Below are positions 10,046 through 19,570 of a DNA stretch of 64,000 nucleotides, piece by piece. Each line of letters opens with the position of its first letter. The first letter of the stretch is position 1. The position numbers and the translations under genes are program-made. The notes beneath the pieces were generated by a model. It saw nothing but the letters and a program-made list of their open reading frames with translations, had not been told where the DNA came from and searched no databases. Source of the stretch: Parcubacteria bacterium C7867-006 (GTDB lineage Bacteria > Patescibacteriota > Minisyncoccia > Phycocordibacterales > DATDWN01); NCBI GenBank assembly GCA_001189155.1, contig LFCP01000004.1, positions 1,998-65,997 of the forward strand, read 5' to 3'.

Positions 10046-11881
10046 ATGTGTGGAATAGCTGGCGTAATAGAGCCATCAATTAAGAATAAAGAGAAGGTTA
10101 TAGAGGCTATGGTCTCAAGAATCATCCATCGTGGACCAGACGAGGATGGTTTTTATGTAGATAAAAATGTCGGTCTTGGAATGCGCAGACTCTCTATAAT
10201 TGACCTATCTACTGGCCATCAACCTATAACATCCGAAGATGAGAAACTTTTGATATTTTTCAATGGTGAGATTTACAACTATCTAGAACTTAAAAAAGAT
10301 CTTTTAAATAAAAAATATAATTTCAAAACTGATTCTGATACAGAAGTTATTCTCCACATGTATGAGGAGTATGGAGAGAATATGCTCCAGATGTTGCGAG
10401 GGATGTTTACTTTTTGTATTTACAATACAGAAACAAAAGAAGTTTTTGTTGCACGAGATTTTTTTGGAATCAAACCTCTTTACTATCTAGTTCAAAATGA
10501 AAAAATTGTGGCTTTTTCTTCGGAGGCAAAAAGTTTTCTGTCTTTTCCAAAGTTCAAACCAGAGGTTAATGACTCTGCTGTAATGAACTACCTTTCTTTC
10601 CAGTACAATCCTTTAGTTGAAAGTTTTTTCAAGGATGTTTATAAACTTCCACCAGCTCATTTTATGAGAATTAATCTGGAATCTGGTCAGACAGAAATTA
10701 AAAAATACTGGTCATTTGACTTCAAACAAAACAGGGAACTTGATGAAAAGAAAACTAAAATCGATTTACTGTATACAATAAAAGATTCAGTCAGACATCA
10801 TATGATAGCGGATGTTCCTGTTGGAGCTTTTCTGTCTGGAGGAATAGACAGTAGCATCATAACTACTCTGATGCAGGAGATAAGAGGTGATAAGAAAATC
10901 AAAACATTTACTGTTGGATTTAACACTCTAACAGAAGCAACAGAAGCAAAAGAAACATCAGATGTTTTGGGGACTGATCACAACGAAATAACAGTTGGAC
11001 CAGAAGAATATTTTTCTGTTTTAGGAAAGGCTGTTTATCACTTTGATGAGCCTGTCGCTGATCCGAGTGCAATCGGAATATATTTTCTAGCTCGTGAGGC
11101 GGCAAAAAGTGTGAAAGTTGTTCTCTCTGGAGAGGGTTCAGATGAGTTATTTGGTGGATACAATATTTATACAACTCCTTTTGCTTCAAATAAAATGTTG
11201 TGGCTTCCAAAACCTATTATAGATTTTGCTATTAAACTTCCTTTTAATTTTTTTGGTAAAAATTATTTAAAACGAGTAAGTCAGAAAATTGAGGATTGGT
11301 ATTTCGGTCAAAAATATTTTAGCGATTCTATTTTCGATAGGTCAGAAATAAAGAAAATTTGGAAGGGTGGGGAAGGAGAGTTTTTGTCTATGAGTCCTTT
11401 GTATAAAAAGGCGGGCAGACTTTCAGACTCCACAAAAATGCAGTATATAGACATAAACACCTGGCTAGTTGGTGATATATTGGCCAAGGCAGATAAAATG
11501 ACTATGGCTCATAGTTTGGAGCTCCGAGTACCGTTCCTAGACATAAAGGTAGCAGAGCTTGCTAGAACCCTCCCAGACCGCTTTAAATGGCATAATGGAG
11601 CCACAAAGTACCTACTTAGAGAGGCATTTAGTAGGGTAATACCGGAGTCCACTAGAAACAGACGAAAGCTAGGTTTTCCTACTCCTATTCGTGACTGGAT
11701 GACTGGAGAAAGTATTGGTATTTATAACTCAATTTTGAACAACGATTACATCAAAAAAAATCTAGATATTGAGTATATAAAAAAACTTATCGAAGACCAT
11801 AATGATGGCAAAAAAGATAACTCTAGAAAGATTTACACATTGTTAATGTTGGCTCTGTGGTATGATACATTTATCAAGTAG
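10046..11881 (+). CDS. asnB: Asparagine synthase (glutamine-hydrolysing) family amidotransferase
   Basis: MCGIAG Ntn start at 10046, HRGPD, NGEIYN, LSGGIDSS, SGEGSDELFGGY. Confidence 0.93.
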   Translation: MCGIAGVIEPSIKNKEKVIEAMVSRIIHRGPDEDGFYVDKNVGLGMRRLSIIDLSTGHQPITSEDEKLLIFFNGEIYNYLELKKDLLNKKYNFKTDSDTEVILHMYEEYGENMLQMLRGMFTFCIYNTETKEVFVARDFFGIKPLYYLVQNEKIVAFSSEAKSFLSFPKFKPEVNDSAVMNYLSFQYNPLVESFFKDVYKLPPAHFMRINLESGQTEIKKYWSFDFKQNRELDEKKTKIDLLYTIKDSVRHHMIADVPVGAFLSGGIDSSIITTLMQEIRGDKKIKTFTVGFNTLTEATEAKETSDVLGTDHNEITVGPEEYFSVLGKAVYHFDEPVADPSAIGIYFLAREAAKSVKVVLSGEGSDELFGGYNIYTTPFASNKMLWLPKPIIDFAIKLPFNFFGKNYLKRVSQKIEDWYFGQKYFSDSIFDRSEIKKIWKGGEGEFLSMSPLYKKAGRLSDSTKMQYIDINTWLVGDILAKADKMTMAHSLELRVPFLDIKVAELARTLPDRFKWHNGATKYLLREAFSRVIPESTRNRRKLGFPTPIRDWMTGESIGIYNSILNNDYIKKNLDIEYIKKLIEDHNDGKKDNSRKIYTLLMLALWYDTFIK

Positions 11882-11906
11882 AAAGTTCATAAAGTTACAA
11901 AGTAAA
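11879..11906 (+). repeat. 28-bp direct repeat copy 1 (before mraY)
   Basis: TAGAAAGTTCATAAAGTTACAAAGTAAA; one mismatch to copy at 15595-15622. Confidence 0.8.
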
Positions 11907-11908
11907 TC

Positions 11909-12964
11909 ATGATTGACGTACTTAAAGTTGTTATTCCATCAGTTCTTACCTTTTTTGTTGGTGTTTTGATTACTCCATTTTTCACAGATTTTTTCTATAA
12001 ATACAAAATGTGGAAAAAAACCTCTCGCCTTCTTAACACAGATGGTGTATCAAAGGAATTTTCTGATGTTCATAATACAGCAGACGAGCTTTCTACTCCT
12101 CGAATTGGTGGAGTTATCATCTGGGTTTCAGTGCTTTTAACTGTTTTGATTATTTATTTGCTGTCGGTCATTTTCCCGTCAGATCTTACGGAAAAATTAA
12201 ACTTTTTTAGTCGAAGTCAGACATATATTCCTATAGGTGCACTTATACTCGCATCACTTATTGGTCTTGCTGATGATCTTATGCAGATATTTGGAAAAGG
12301 GAACTACTCTAGAGACCCGCTGATTTATAGAAAAATAAAAATATTTTTCATATCTCTTATTGGGCTTTCTATTGGGTTTTGGTTTTACGACAAACTACAG
12401 ATAACATCTATTCACATTCCTTTTGATGGGGAGTTACAAATGGGTATTTGGTTTATTCCATTTTTTATAACGGTTATGCTCGCTGTTTTTTCTACTAGTG
12501 TTGTTGATGGAATGGATGGTTTGGCAGGAGGAATAATGTCTATTATTTATCTAGCTTTCGCGGTTATAGCGTATGTTCATCAGCAGATAGATATATCTGC
12601 ATTGTGTGCAGTGATATCTGGCGGGACTCTAGCTTTTCTTTGGTTCAATATTCCTCCTGCACGGTTCTATATGGGGGAAACAGGAATGGTTGGTCTTACT
12701 GTAACTCTAGCTGTAGTAGCTTTTCTTACTAATTCAGTTTTAATACTTCCTATTATTGCTGTTCCACTCGTTGCGACATCTTTGTCTGTAATTATTCAAG
12801 TCATATCATATAAATATTTTGGAAAACGAAGAGTTTTTAAAGTTGCACCACTTCATCATCATTTTGAAGCAAAGGGTTGGTCAAGAACAAAAATAGTAAT
12901 GCGATACTGGGTTATAACTGCTGTATTTGCTATGACTGGGGTTATACTTGCACTTGTTAGTTAA
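11909..12964 (+). CDS. mraY: Phospho-N-acetylmuramoyl-pentapeptide transferase
   Basis: TPRIGG, DGMDGL, FYMGETG, APLHHHFE. Confidence 0.93.
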   Translation: MIDVLKVVIPSVLTFFVGVLITPFFTDFFYKYKMWKKTSRLLNTDGVSKEFSDVHNTADELSTPRIGGVIIWVSVLLTVLIIYLLSVIFPSDLTEKLNFFSRSQTYIPIGALILASLIGLADDLMQIFGKGNYSRDPLIYRKIKIFFISLIGLSIGFWFYDKLQITSIHIPFDGELQMGIWFIPFFITVMLAVFSTSVVDGMDGLAGGIMSIIYLAFAVIAYVHQQIDISALCAVISGGTLAFLWFNIPPARFYMGETGMVGLTVTLAVVAFLTNSVLILPIIAVPLVATSLSVIIQVISYKYFGKRRVFKVAPLHHHFEAKGWSRTKIVMRYWVITAVFAMTGVILALVS

Positions 12965-12975
12965 TTAAACAAAAA

Positions 12976-13004
12976 CCCACAAATCAGGGTTTCTGTTTTG
13001 TGGG
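12976..13004. terminator. Hairpin between mraY and the convergent small gene
   Basis: CCCACAAA/TTTGTGGG stem flanked by A and T runs. Confidence 0.6.
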
Positions 13005-13018
13005 ATTTTACACCTCCT

Positions 13019-13249
13019 TTAGTTAGAGTTGCTCATGAATTCAAACAGTATCAACCTCAGAATAGAAAGGAAGAAGAAGCCACTTGATAGCATGCCGATC
13101 GCATACATCAAGCTTCCTCTCAGGCCCCTGGGCTGGTAGCCTGAAATCATGAACGTTATTGATGTGAACTGATGGTTCACACCGAGGTAGAAGATTACTC
13201 CCGCGAGCATGGCCAGACCAGACAACACTGTGGTTCCTAAGGTCTCCAT
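13019..13249 (-). CDS. Small two-TM hypothetical protein (GC-rich unit)
   Basis: Two hydrophobic stretches; SD AAGGAG; TTGACG(13292-13297)-16-TAGAGT(13270-13275) on - strand. Confidence 0.7.
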   Translation of the reverse strand: METLGTTVLSGLAMLAGVIFYLGVNHQFTSITFMISGYQPRGLRGSLMYAIGMLSSGFFFLSILRLILFEFMSNSN

Positions 13250-13344
13250 TGGGATCTCCTTCTGTTTTTACTCTAGCAAAATAAAAAGTGTCGTCAAATT
13301 ATTTATTCTTAAAAAATAAATGATATACTGTCTTGTAGTATTTT

Positions 13345-14442
13345 ATGAAGAAAATAAAAGTTGATATTCCATTTTTAATATCTATTGTCATTTTAGTTGT
13401 TGCTGGCTATTTGATTTTTGCTTCTGCTTCTTTAGGTCTACTATCCAAACAACCGGCAAAATACGCAAACGTAGCTTTTAATCAAACATTTTTCGGTTTG
13501 TTTTTAGGTTCAGTGGCTTGTTTCTTTGCATCTCGGTTTGACTATAAAAAGTATCGTAAGTATGCATTTTATATTTTTGTGGCGTCAATTATTGCAACAC
13601 TTTTAGTGTTTGTTCCACATATTGGGATTGGTCACGGAGGGGCACAGCGATGGATTTATGTCGGTCCTTTGTCGTTTCAACCTTCGGAGCTATTGAAGAT
13701 TGGTTTTATTATGTATTTTGCTGCGTGGTTAGCCTCCATCAAAGACAAAGCTGATACTCTGAAGTACGGTTTAATTCCATTCGTTTTAATTATTGGAGTT
13801 GTTGGAGCTGTTTTGCTTGCCCAACCAGATACAGATACTTTTCTTATTATAGCTTTTGCTGGTTTAGCTATGTATCTTTCTGGAGGAGGTAGGTGGAAAT
13901 ATATTTTTATTATAGCCATTATTGGAGTTATAGGTATTGGAGCTTTGGCTATGACCAGACCATATGTTAAAAGCCGTATCACTACTTTTTTCCATCCAGA
14001 AAATAATGCACAAGGAAGTGGCTACCAGATTCAGCAGTCTCTTATAGCAATAGGAAGTGGAGGAATGTTTGGTCGAGGTTTCGGTCAGAGTATACAAAAG
14101 TTTAATGTTCTACCTGAACCGATAGGAGACTCTATTTTTGCTGTGGCTGGTGAGGAATTCGGTTTCGTTGGGGCTATTGGCATCGTAGCTCTATTTGTCT
14201 TTTTTGCCTTTAGGGGGCTTAAAATAGCCGGTCAAATAGCCGATTCTTTCGGTAGACTAATGGTTGTTGGAATTGTTATACTGATTGTATCCCAAGCTTT
14301 TGTTAATATAGGGGCTATGGTTGGTGTTTTGCCTTTGTCTGGTATAACACTGCCGTTTATTAGCCATGGAGGAACAGCTCTGTTTATGACCTTGGCTGAG
14401 GTTGGAATTATATTAAACATTTCAAAAAATAAAAAAGCTTAA
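13345..14442 (+). CDS. ftsW: SEDS peptidoglycan polymerase FtsW
   Basis: GAQRWI, FQPSELLK, QPD, GYQIQQS, GEEFG, GITLPFISHGG. Confidence 0.92.
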   Translation: MKKIKVDIPFLISIVILVVAGYLIFASASLGLLSKQPAKYANVAFNQTFFGLFLGSVACFFASRFDYKKYRKYAFYIFVASIIATLLVFVPHIGIGHGGAQRWIYVGPLSFQPSELLKIGFIMYFAAWLASIKDKADTLKYGLIPFVLIIGVVGAVLLAQPDTDTFLIIAFAGLAMYLSGGGRWKYIFIIAIIGVIGIGALAMTRPYVKSRITTFFHPENNAQGSGYQIQQSLIAIGSGGMFGRGFGQSIQKFNVLPEPIGDSIFAVAGEEFGFVGAIGIVALFVFFAFRGLKIAGQIADSFGRLMVVGIVILIVSQAFVNIGAMVGVLPLSGITLPFISHGGTALFMTLAEVGIILNISKNKKA

Positions 14443-14448
14443 AATAAA

Positions 14449-15588
14449 ATGAAAATATTAATGACGGGTGGTGGTACTGGAGGACATTTTTACCCAATAA
14501 TTGCCGTCGCTCAAGAACTGAATGAGACCTCAAAGGAAAATAGGCTTTTAAAGCCCGAATTATTTTATATGTCCACCGATCCATACAATGAAACTTTACT
14601 GTATGAGAACAATATAACTTTCGTTAAAGTTTCTGCTGGTAAAATTAGACGACAAAAATCTATCTCAAATTTTATTTTGAATTTTTTTGATTTATTCAAT
14701 ACGTTTTTTGGAGTTTTGGGTGCTATTTGGAAAATGTTTCTGATTTATCCTGATGTTGTTTTTGGTAAAGGTGGTTACGCTAGTTTTCCAGCACTTTTTG
14801 CTGCTAGGATTTTAATGATACCTGTTGTTATACACGAGTCTGATAGTAAACCAGGAAAAGTAAACAAATGGGCTGGTAAGTTCGCACGTAGAGTTGCTGT
14901 TTCTTATCCAGAAGCAGTTAGTTTTTTCAAAACAGAAAAGACTGCATATACAGGAAATCCAATCAGAAAAGAAACTTTAGATCCACTCTCCACTGATTCT
15001 TTTGAGTTTTTTGGTTTTGACCCAAGTATTCCTACTATATTGATAATCGGAGGTTCTACTGGTTCAAGGTTTATCAATGAAGCAATAATGGATGTTTTAG
15101 CTGAATTAGTTAAGAAATACCAGATAATTCATCAAACTGGCAACAACAACTTTAGTGTTATCCAAGAAACAGCAAATGTAGTTTTGAATGGAAATCCTTT
15201 AAAAAATAGATATAAACCATATGCTTATTTAAATGTTGTGACACTGCGACGAGCTTCTGGTATAGCTAGTATTGTTATTTCAAGAGCTGGTTCAACTATT
15301 TTTGAAATTGCATCATGGGGCAAACCAGCTATTATAGTTCCGATTCCAGAGCCAACAAGTCATGATCAAAGATCAAATGCTTATGCTTACGCTAGAACAG
15401 GTTCTGCTGTTGTTATAGAAGAGAAAAATATGGCTCCTGGAGTTTTGATTTCTGAAATAGAAAGAATACTTTCTAATCCAGCTGAAAAAGAAAAAATGAT
15501 TAATTCAGCTAAGTCTTTTTCTCGAAAAGATTCTGCTGAAATAATAGCAAAAGAGTTGATTGCTATTGGTTTAGAGCACGAGAAATAG
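14449..15588 (+). CDS. murG: UDP-GlcNAc lipid I transferase
   Basis: GGGTGGH, GKGGYAS, HESD, TGNPIR, SRAGS, HDQRSNA. Confidence 0.95.
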   Translation: MKILMTGGGTGGHFYPIIAVAQELNETSKENRLLKPELFYMSTDPYNETLLYENNITFVKVSAGKIRRQKSISNFILNFFDLFNTFFGVLGAIWKMFLIYPDVVFGKGGYASFPALFAARILMIPVVIHESDSKPGKVNKWAGKFARRVAVSYPEAVSFFKTEKTAYTGNPIRKETLDPLSTDSFEFFGFDPSIPTILIIGGSTGSRFINEAIMDVLAELVKKYQIIHQTGNNNFSVIQETANVVLNGNPLKNRYKPYAYLNVVTLRRASGIASIVISRAGSTIFEIASWGKPAIIVPIPEPTSHDQRSNAYAYARTGSAVVIEEKNMAPGVLISEIERILSNPAEKEKMINSAKSFSRKDSAEIIAKELIAIGLEHEK

Positions 15589-15594
15589 GTTAGT

Positions 15595-15622
15595 TAGAAA
15601 GTTCATAAAGTTATAAAGTAAA
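15595..15622 (+). repeat. 28-bp direct repeat copy 2 (before gltX)
   Basis: TAGAAAGTTCATAAAGTTATAAAGTAAA immediately before ATG 15623. Confidence 0.8.
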
Positions 15623-17095
15623 ATGCAAGAAAAAAATCAAAAAGTAGTAACAAGATTCGCTCCATCACCAACAGGCTTTATGCATATTGGGGGTGTTCGT
15701 ACCGCTCTTTTTGCTTATTTGTACGCCAGAAAAAATAATGGAACTTTTATTTTGCGTATTGAAGATACAGATAAAGAAAGAGAGGTTCCTGGTTCAATAA
15801 AACACATTCAAGAGTCACTGACTTGGCTTGGGATTGATTGGGATTTTGGTCCTGATAAACATGGGGACTTTGGTTCAACTATTCAGTCTGAAAGACTTCC
15901 AACATATATAGAGTATGCTCATAAACTGATTGAAAAAGGTCTGGCTTATCCTGATCCATATACCCAAGAAGAGTTAGCGGAGTTTCGTAAAAAAGCAGAT
16001 GAAGAAAAAAGACCTTTTCTTTATAGAGATTATAGGCCAGAAGTTTTTGAAAAATGGGATGGTAAAAAACCATTACGTTTTAAAGTTCCAGAAATAAAAA
16101 GATACAAATGGAATGATGTTGTTCGTGGTGAACTAGAGGCCGGAGAGGAGGCCTTGGATGATTTTATTTTGATAAAAAGTGATGGATATCCGACTTACAA
16201 CTTTGCTCACATAATAGATGACCTCAATATGGGCGTTACTCACATAATGCGTGGAGATGAGTTTATTTCTAGTACACCAAGATTTTTGAGTTTGTATAAT
16301 GCTCTAGAAATAGAACCTCCGATTTTTGTCTCACTTCCTCCGATTTTGCGAGACGATAGAACAAAAAAACTTGGTAAAAGAGATGGAGCAAAAGATATTT
16401 TGGAGTATAGAGAAGAAGGATACTTACCTGAAGCGATGTTAAATTTTCTTGCTTTGATTGGTTGGAATCCTGGAACGGAGCAGGAAATATTTACAAAGGA
16501 TGAACTTATAAAGGCTTTTGATATCAATAAAATTCAAAAAGCAGGAGGAGCTTTTAATGAGGAAAAACTAGACTGGATGAATAAAGAGCATCTGAGAAAA
16601 CTTCCAGTGGAAACTGTAAGGGACGAGATTTCAAATCGTCTCAAGAAGAATCCAACTATTGGAGAAAATGAGAAATTAAACGACAGAAATTTTCTAGCGA
16701 AAATTTCTGATATTGTGATGGATCATATTTCAAAATGGTCAGATATAGATATTATGGTTGGGGCAGGGGAGATAGAGTATTTTTTTGAATCTCCTCAATA
16801 CGACCATACCCTACTCTATTGGAAGGGAAATGAAGACAAGGAAACAACAAAAAAACATCTAGAATGGGTGATTGAAACTTTGAAATCTGCTGATGAGAGT
16901 TTTGATTCATCTGATAAAGTAAAAAGTCTTATTTTTGACTATGCAACAGAAAATGGTCGAGGAGAAGTTCTGTGGCCACTACGTGTCTCGTTGTCAGGAA
17001 AAGAAAAAAGTCCAGATCCATTTACTCTAATATATGTTTTAGGTAGAGATGAAAGTATAAAAAGAATAACAGATGCTATTGGAAAACTACTATAA
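15623..17095 (+). CDS. gltX: Glutamate--tRNA ligase
   Basis: RFAPSPTGFMHIGG, LRIEDTD, KLGKR. Confidence 0.97.
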   Translation: MQEKNQKVVTRFAPSPTGFMHIGGVRTALFAYLYARKNNGTFILRIEDTDKEREVPGSIKHIQESLTWLGIDWDFGPDKHGDFGSTIQSERLPTYIEYAHKLIEKGLAYPDPYTQEELAEFRKKADEEKRPFLYRDYRPEVFEKWDGKKPLRFKVPEIKRYKWNDVVRGELEAGEEALDDFILIKSDGYPTYNFAHIIDDLNMGVTHIMRGDEFISSTPRFLSLYNALEIEPPIFVSLPPILRDDRTKKLGKRDGAKDILEYREEGYLPEAMLNFLALIGWNPGTEQEIFTKDELIKAFDINKIQKAGGAFNEEKLDWMNKEHLRKLPVETVRDEISNRLKKNPTIGENEKLNDRNFLAKISDIVMDHISKWSDIDIMVGAGEIEYFFESPQYDHTLLYWKGNEDKETTKKHLEWVIETLKSADESFDSSDKVKSLIFDYATENGRGEVLWPLRVSLSGKEKSPDPFTLIYVLGRDESIKRITDAIGKLL

Positions 17096-18356
17096 ATATT
17101 TTTTATTAATATCCCTATTTTTACTATCTTTTAATACTGTTTCATCACAAACAGCAACGACTACAGATGTACTAAAAAGCAAAATAGAAGAAAGAACTAA
17201 TCAAATAAAACAATTGGAAGCAGAGATAAGTCAGTACAATACTGAAATTATAAATACTCAAGGTCAAGCCAAAACTCTACAGAGCACTCTTAAAACTCTA
17301 GACCTCACAAAGAAAAAAATAAGTACAGATATCAATCTGACTGAAAATAAAATAGTAAAAACAAATCTAACTATAAGTCAGTTAGATTCAGAGATAAATA
17401 AAACTCAAGACAAAATAGATAATAATAAAATAGCCATAGGCTCTGCTTTGAAAAGTGCGTACTATGTTGAGGAATCAGGTTTTTTGCCACTTATTCTTTC
17501 AAAATCAAATATTAGTGAAGTTTGGAATGATATAGATAATACTAGGCAGATTCGTGAAAGTATCAGAGAAAAAACCAAAGAGTTAGTGGTTCTCCAAAAA
17601 GATATGAGGATAAAACAAGACTCACTTAATGGCCAAAAAACTCAATTAGTTGGTTTGAAACAAGATCTCTCTGGTAAAAAGCAAGCTGTTGAATTAACAG
17701 CAAAAGAGAAAGCAGATTTATTAGCTCAAACAAAAAATAAAGAGCAGACTTTTAAAGAGATTGTAAAAACAAAAGAGCAACTTAAAGCCCAGTTTGAAAA
17801 AGAAGTTTATGACTACGAGTCCCAACTACACTATTTGATTGATCCAACTAGTTATCCAAAACCAAAAACAGGAATATTTGCTTGGCCTTTAGATAATATT
17901 TATATAACACAACTGTTCGGTAGAACTGTAGGTGCAGAAAAACTCTATACATCAGGTTCTCACAATGGAATAGATCTTAGAGCAAGTGTTGGTACTAGGG
18001 TTAAAAATGTTTTGGATGGTACTGTTATGGGAACTGGTAATACCGATATTTATCCTGGTTGTTATTCTTTTGGAAAATGGGTTTTTGTTCAGCATGACAA
18101 CGGTCTATCTACTATTTATGGACATTTATCTGTTATATCAGCTCAAAAAGGTCAGAGACTTGCGACGGGGGATACGATAGGATTTTCTGGAAACACTGGA
18201 TATTCTACTGGCCCACATCTACATATAAGTGTGTATGCATCACAAGGTGTGAGAATAGAAAAGTTTGTAAACAGTAGGGGTTGTAAAGAAGCCACTCTCC
18301 CACTTGCTGATATTCGAGCGTATCTAGACCCTATGAACTATTTCCCAAGAATATAG
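17073..18356 (+). CDS. Coiled-coil M23 peptidase (EnvC/MepM-like)
   Basis: Signal peptide, long coiled coil, HNGID, YGHLS, STGPHLH. Confidence 0.9.
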   Translation: MLLENYYKYFLLISLFLLSFNTVSSQTATTTDVLKSKIEERTNQIKQLEAEISQYNTEIINTQGQAKTLQSTLKTLDLTKKKISTDINLTENKIVKTNLTISQLDSEINKTQDKIDNNKIAIGSALKSAYYVEESGFLPLILSKSNISEVWNDIDNTRQIRESIREKTKELVVLQKDMRIKQDSLNGQKTQLVGLKQDLSGKKQAVELTAKEKADLLAQTKNKEQTFKEIVKTKEQLKAQFEKEVYDYESQLHYLIDPTSYPKPKTGIFAWPLDNIYITQLFGRTVGAEKLYTSGSHNGIDLRASVGTRVKNVLDGTVMGTGNTDIYPGCYSFGKWVFVQHDNGLSTIYGHLSVISAQKGQRLATGDTIGFSGNTGYSTGPHLHISVYASQGVRIEKFVNSRGCKEATLPLADIRAYLDPMNYFPRI

Positions 18357-18375
18357 TTTTTGTTACAATTAATCC

Positions 18376-18582
18376 ATGAAAAAAACTAGAAACGATGAGG
18401 GTTTTATTGTAAAGATAGTTCTCGTTATAATCGCTCTTATTACTCTCAAATACTATTTTCATTTTGATGTTATTGAGTGGCTTAAGTCAGACAAAGTTCA
18501 AACATTTATTTCTCCAGCAATAACAGCAGTAAAAAACTTTTATAGTTACATGGACAATCTAGTTAAGGGTTGGACTAACTAA
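18376..18582 (+). CDS. Small single-TM hypothetical protein
   Basis: TACAAT 6 nt before ATG; N-terminal hydrophobic helix after GF. Confidence 0.65.
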   Translation: MKKTRNDEGFIVKIVLVIIALITLKYYFHFDVIEWLKSDKVQTFISPAITAVKNFYSYMDNLVKGWTN

Positions 18583-18588
18583 CGACGA

Positions 18589-18621
18589 AACCCGCTTCTG
18601 ACACTGTGTCAAAAGCGGGTT
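18589..18621. terminator. Hairpin between convergent genes
   Basis: AACCCGCTT/AAGCGGGTT with inner TGACAC/GTGTCA stem. Confidence 0.7.
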
Positions 18622-18932
18622 CAGAGTCTTGGGCGAATTTCCTTGAACGCCAATATAACTGCTCTGTAGAACAAATCGTTAGCCAGCCAGAACGACGGCT
18701 CACTGTAGAGGATGATGTTAATCAGCTCTTCACCTAGTTTCTCTGGTTTGTAGAAGCTGATGATTTCATCCTTCTTTTTCTCGATCACCTCCGGTTTTCT
18801 GATAACGAGTCTTCTGTTGATCAGGAACTCCATGACCTTGATACGCTTGTCGGCCAAGGTCAGCTTGTCTGGGAACTCGTGCTTTTTCTGTCCGAACCAA
18901 CTTTCCTTTCCGCGGATCACTCGTCCAGCCAC
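18621..18932 (-). CDS. Hypothetical protein (GC-rich unit)
   Basis: GTG start behind AAAGGAG; TTGAGG-17-TTTAAT upstream; C-ending codons. Confidence 0.7.
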   Translation of the reverse strand: MAGRVIRGKESWFGQKKHEFPDKLTLADKRIKVMEFLINRRLVIRKPEVIEKKKDEIISFYKPEKLGEELINIILYSEPSFWLANDLFYRAVILAFKEIRPRL

Positions 18933-19010
18933 GTAGTCTCCTTTCTTTCTACAAAAATTAAAGCATTAATAAGGGTTTTCCTCAAGTATTAGGTATGTTA
19001 AAATTAACGT

Positions 19011-19406
19011 ATGAAAACACTATCAATACCTTTGGCAATAGTAATAGGGTGTGTTATTTTGGGAGGCTTTTATTATGCTAGTGAAGTTAATAAGCAGAAA
19101 TCCATTGAGATGCAACAATGGACGGAGCTTGCATCAAAAAAGGAACAAGAAAAAAGAGAATACACTCTTAAACAAAAAGATACATGTCTTTCTATTTATG
19201 AGACTGAAGGAAAAAAATGGAGTAATGTAACTGGTTGGAGATATAATGAAACTGAAGATAGATGTTATATTGAATATAAAGAAACTAATCCTAAGACTTC
19301 AGCACAATGTAATTCAACATATAAAGATGAAGATGGAAAAGTTTCGCCACTTGTTTTTATGGATTACTTACTGTGTCTAGATGGAAAATTTGAAAAGATT
19401 TTTTAA
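19011..19406 (+). CDS. Membrane-anchored hypothetical protein with 4 Cys in extracellular part
   Basis: N-terminal TM; TAAAAT shortly before ATG. Confidence 0.7.
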   Translation: MKTLSIPLAIVIGCVILGGFYYASEVNKQKSIEMQQWTELASKKEQEKREYTLKQKDTCLSIYETEGKKWSNVTGWRYNETEDRCYIEYKETNPKTSAQCNSTYKDEDGKVSPLVFMDYLLCLDGKFEKIF

Positions 19407-19570
19407 ATAACTCAATAATTGCAAGCTTCTATACGTTATTTATACTTAATTCATCTCTATTCCGAATGTTTAATCATTGACGTTTAAGATGTTAAATGAT
19501 AGGATTAGCAATAAGTCATTAGAATCTTTATTTATAGCCATTTATTAGAGATTGATGATAAATAATCATT

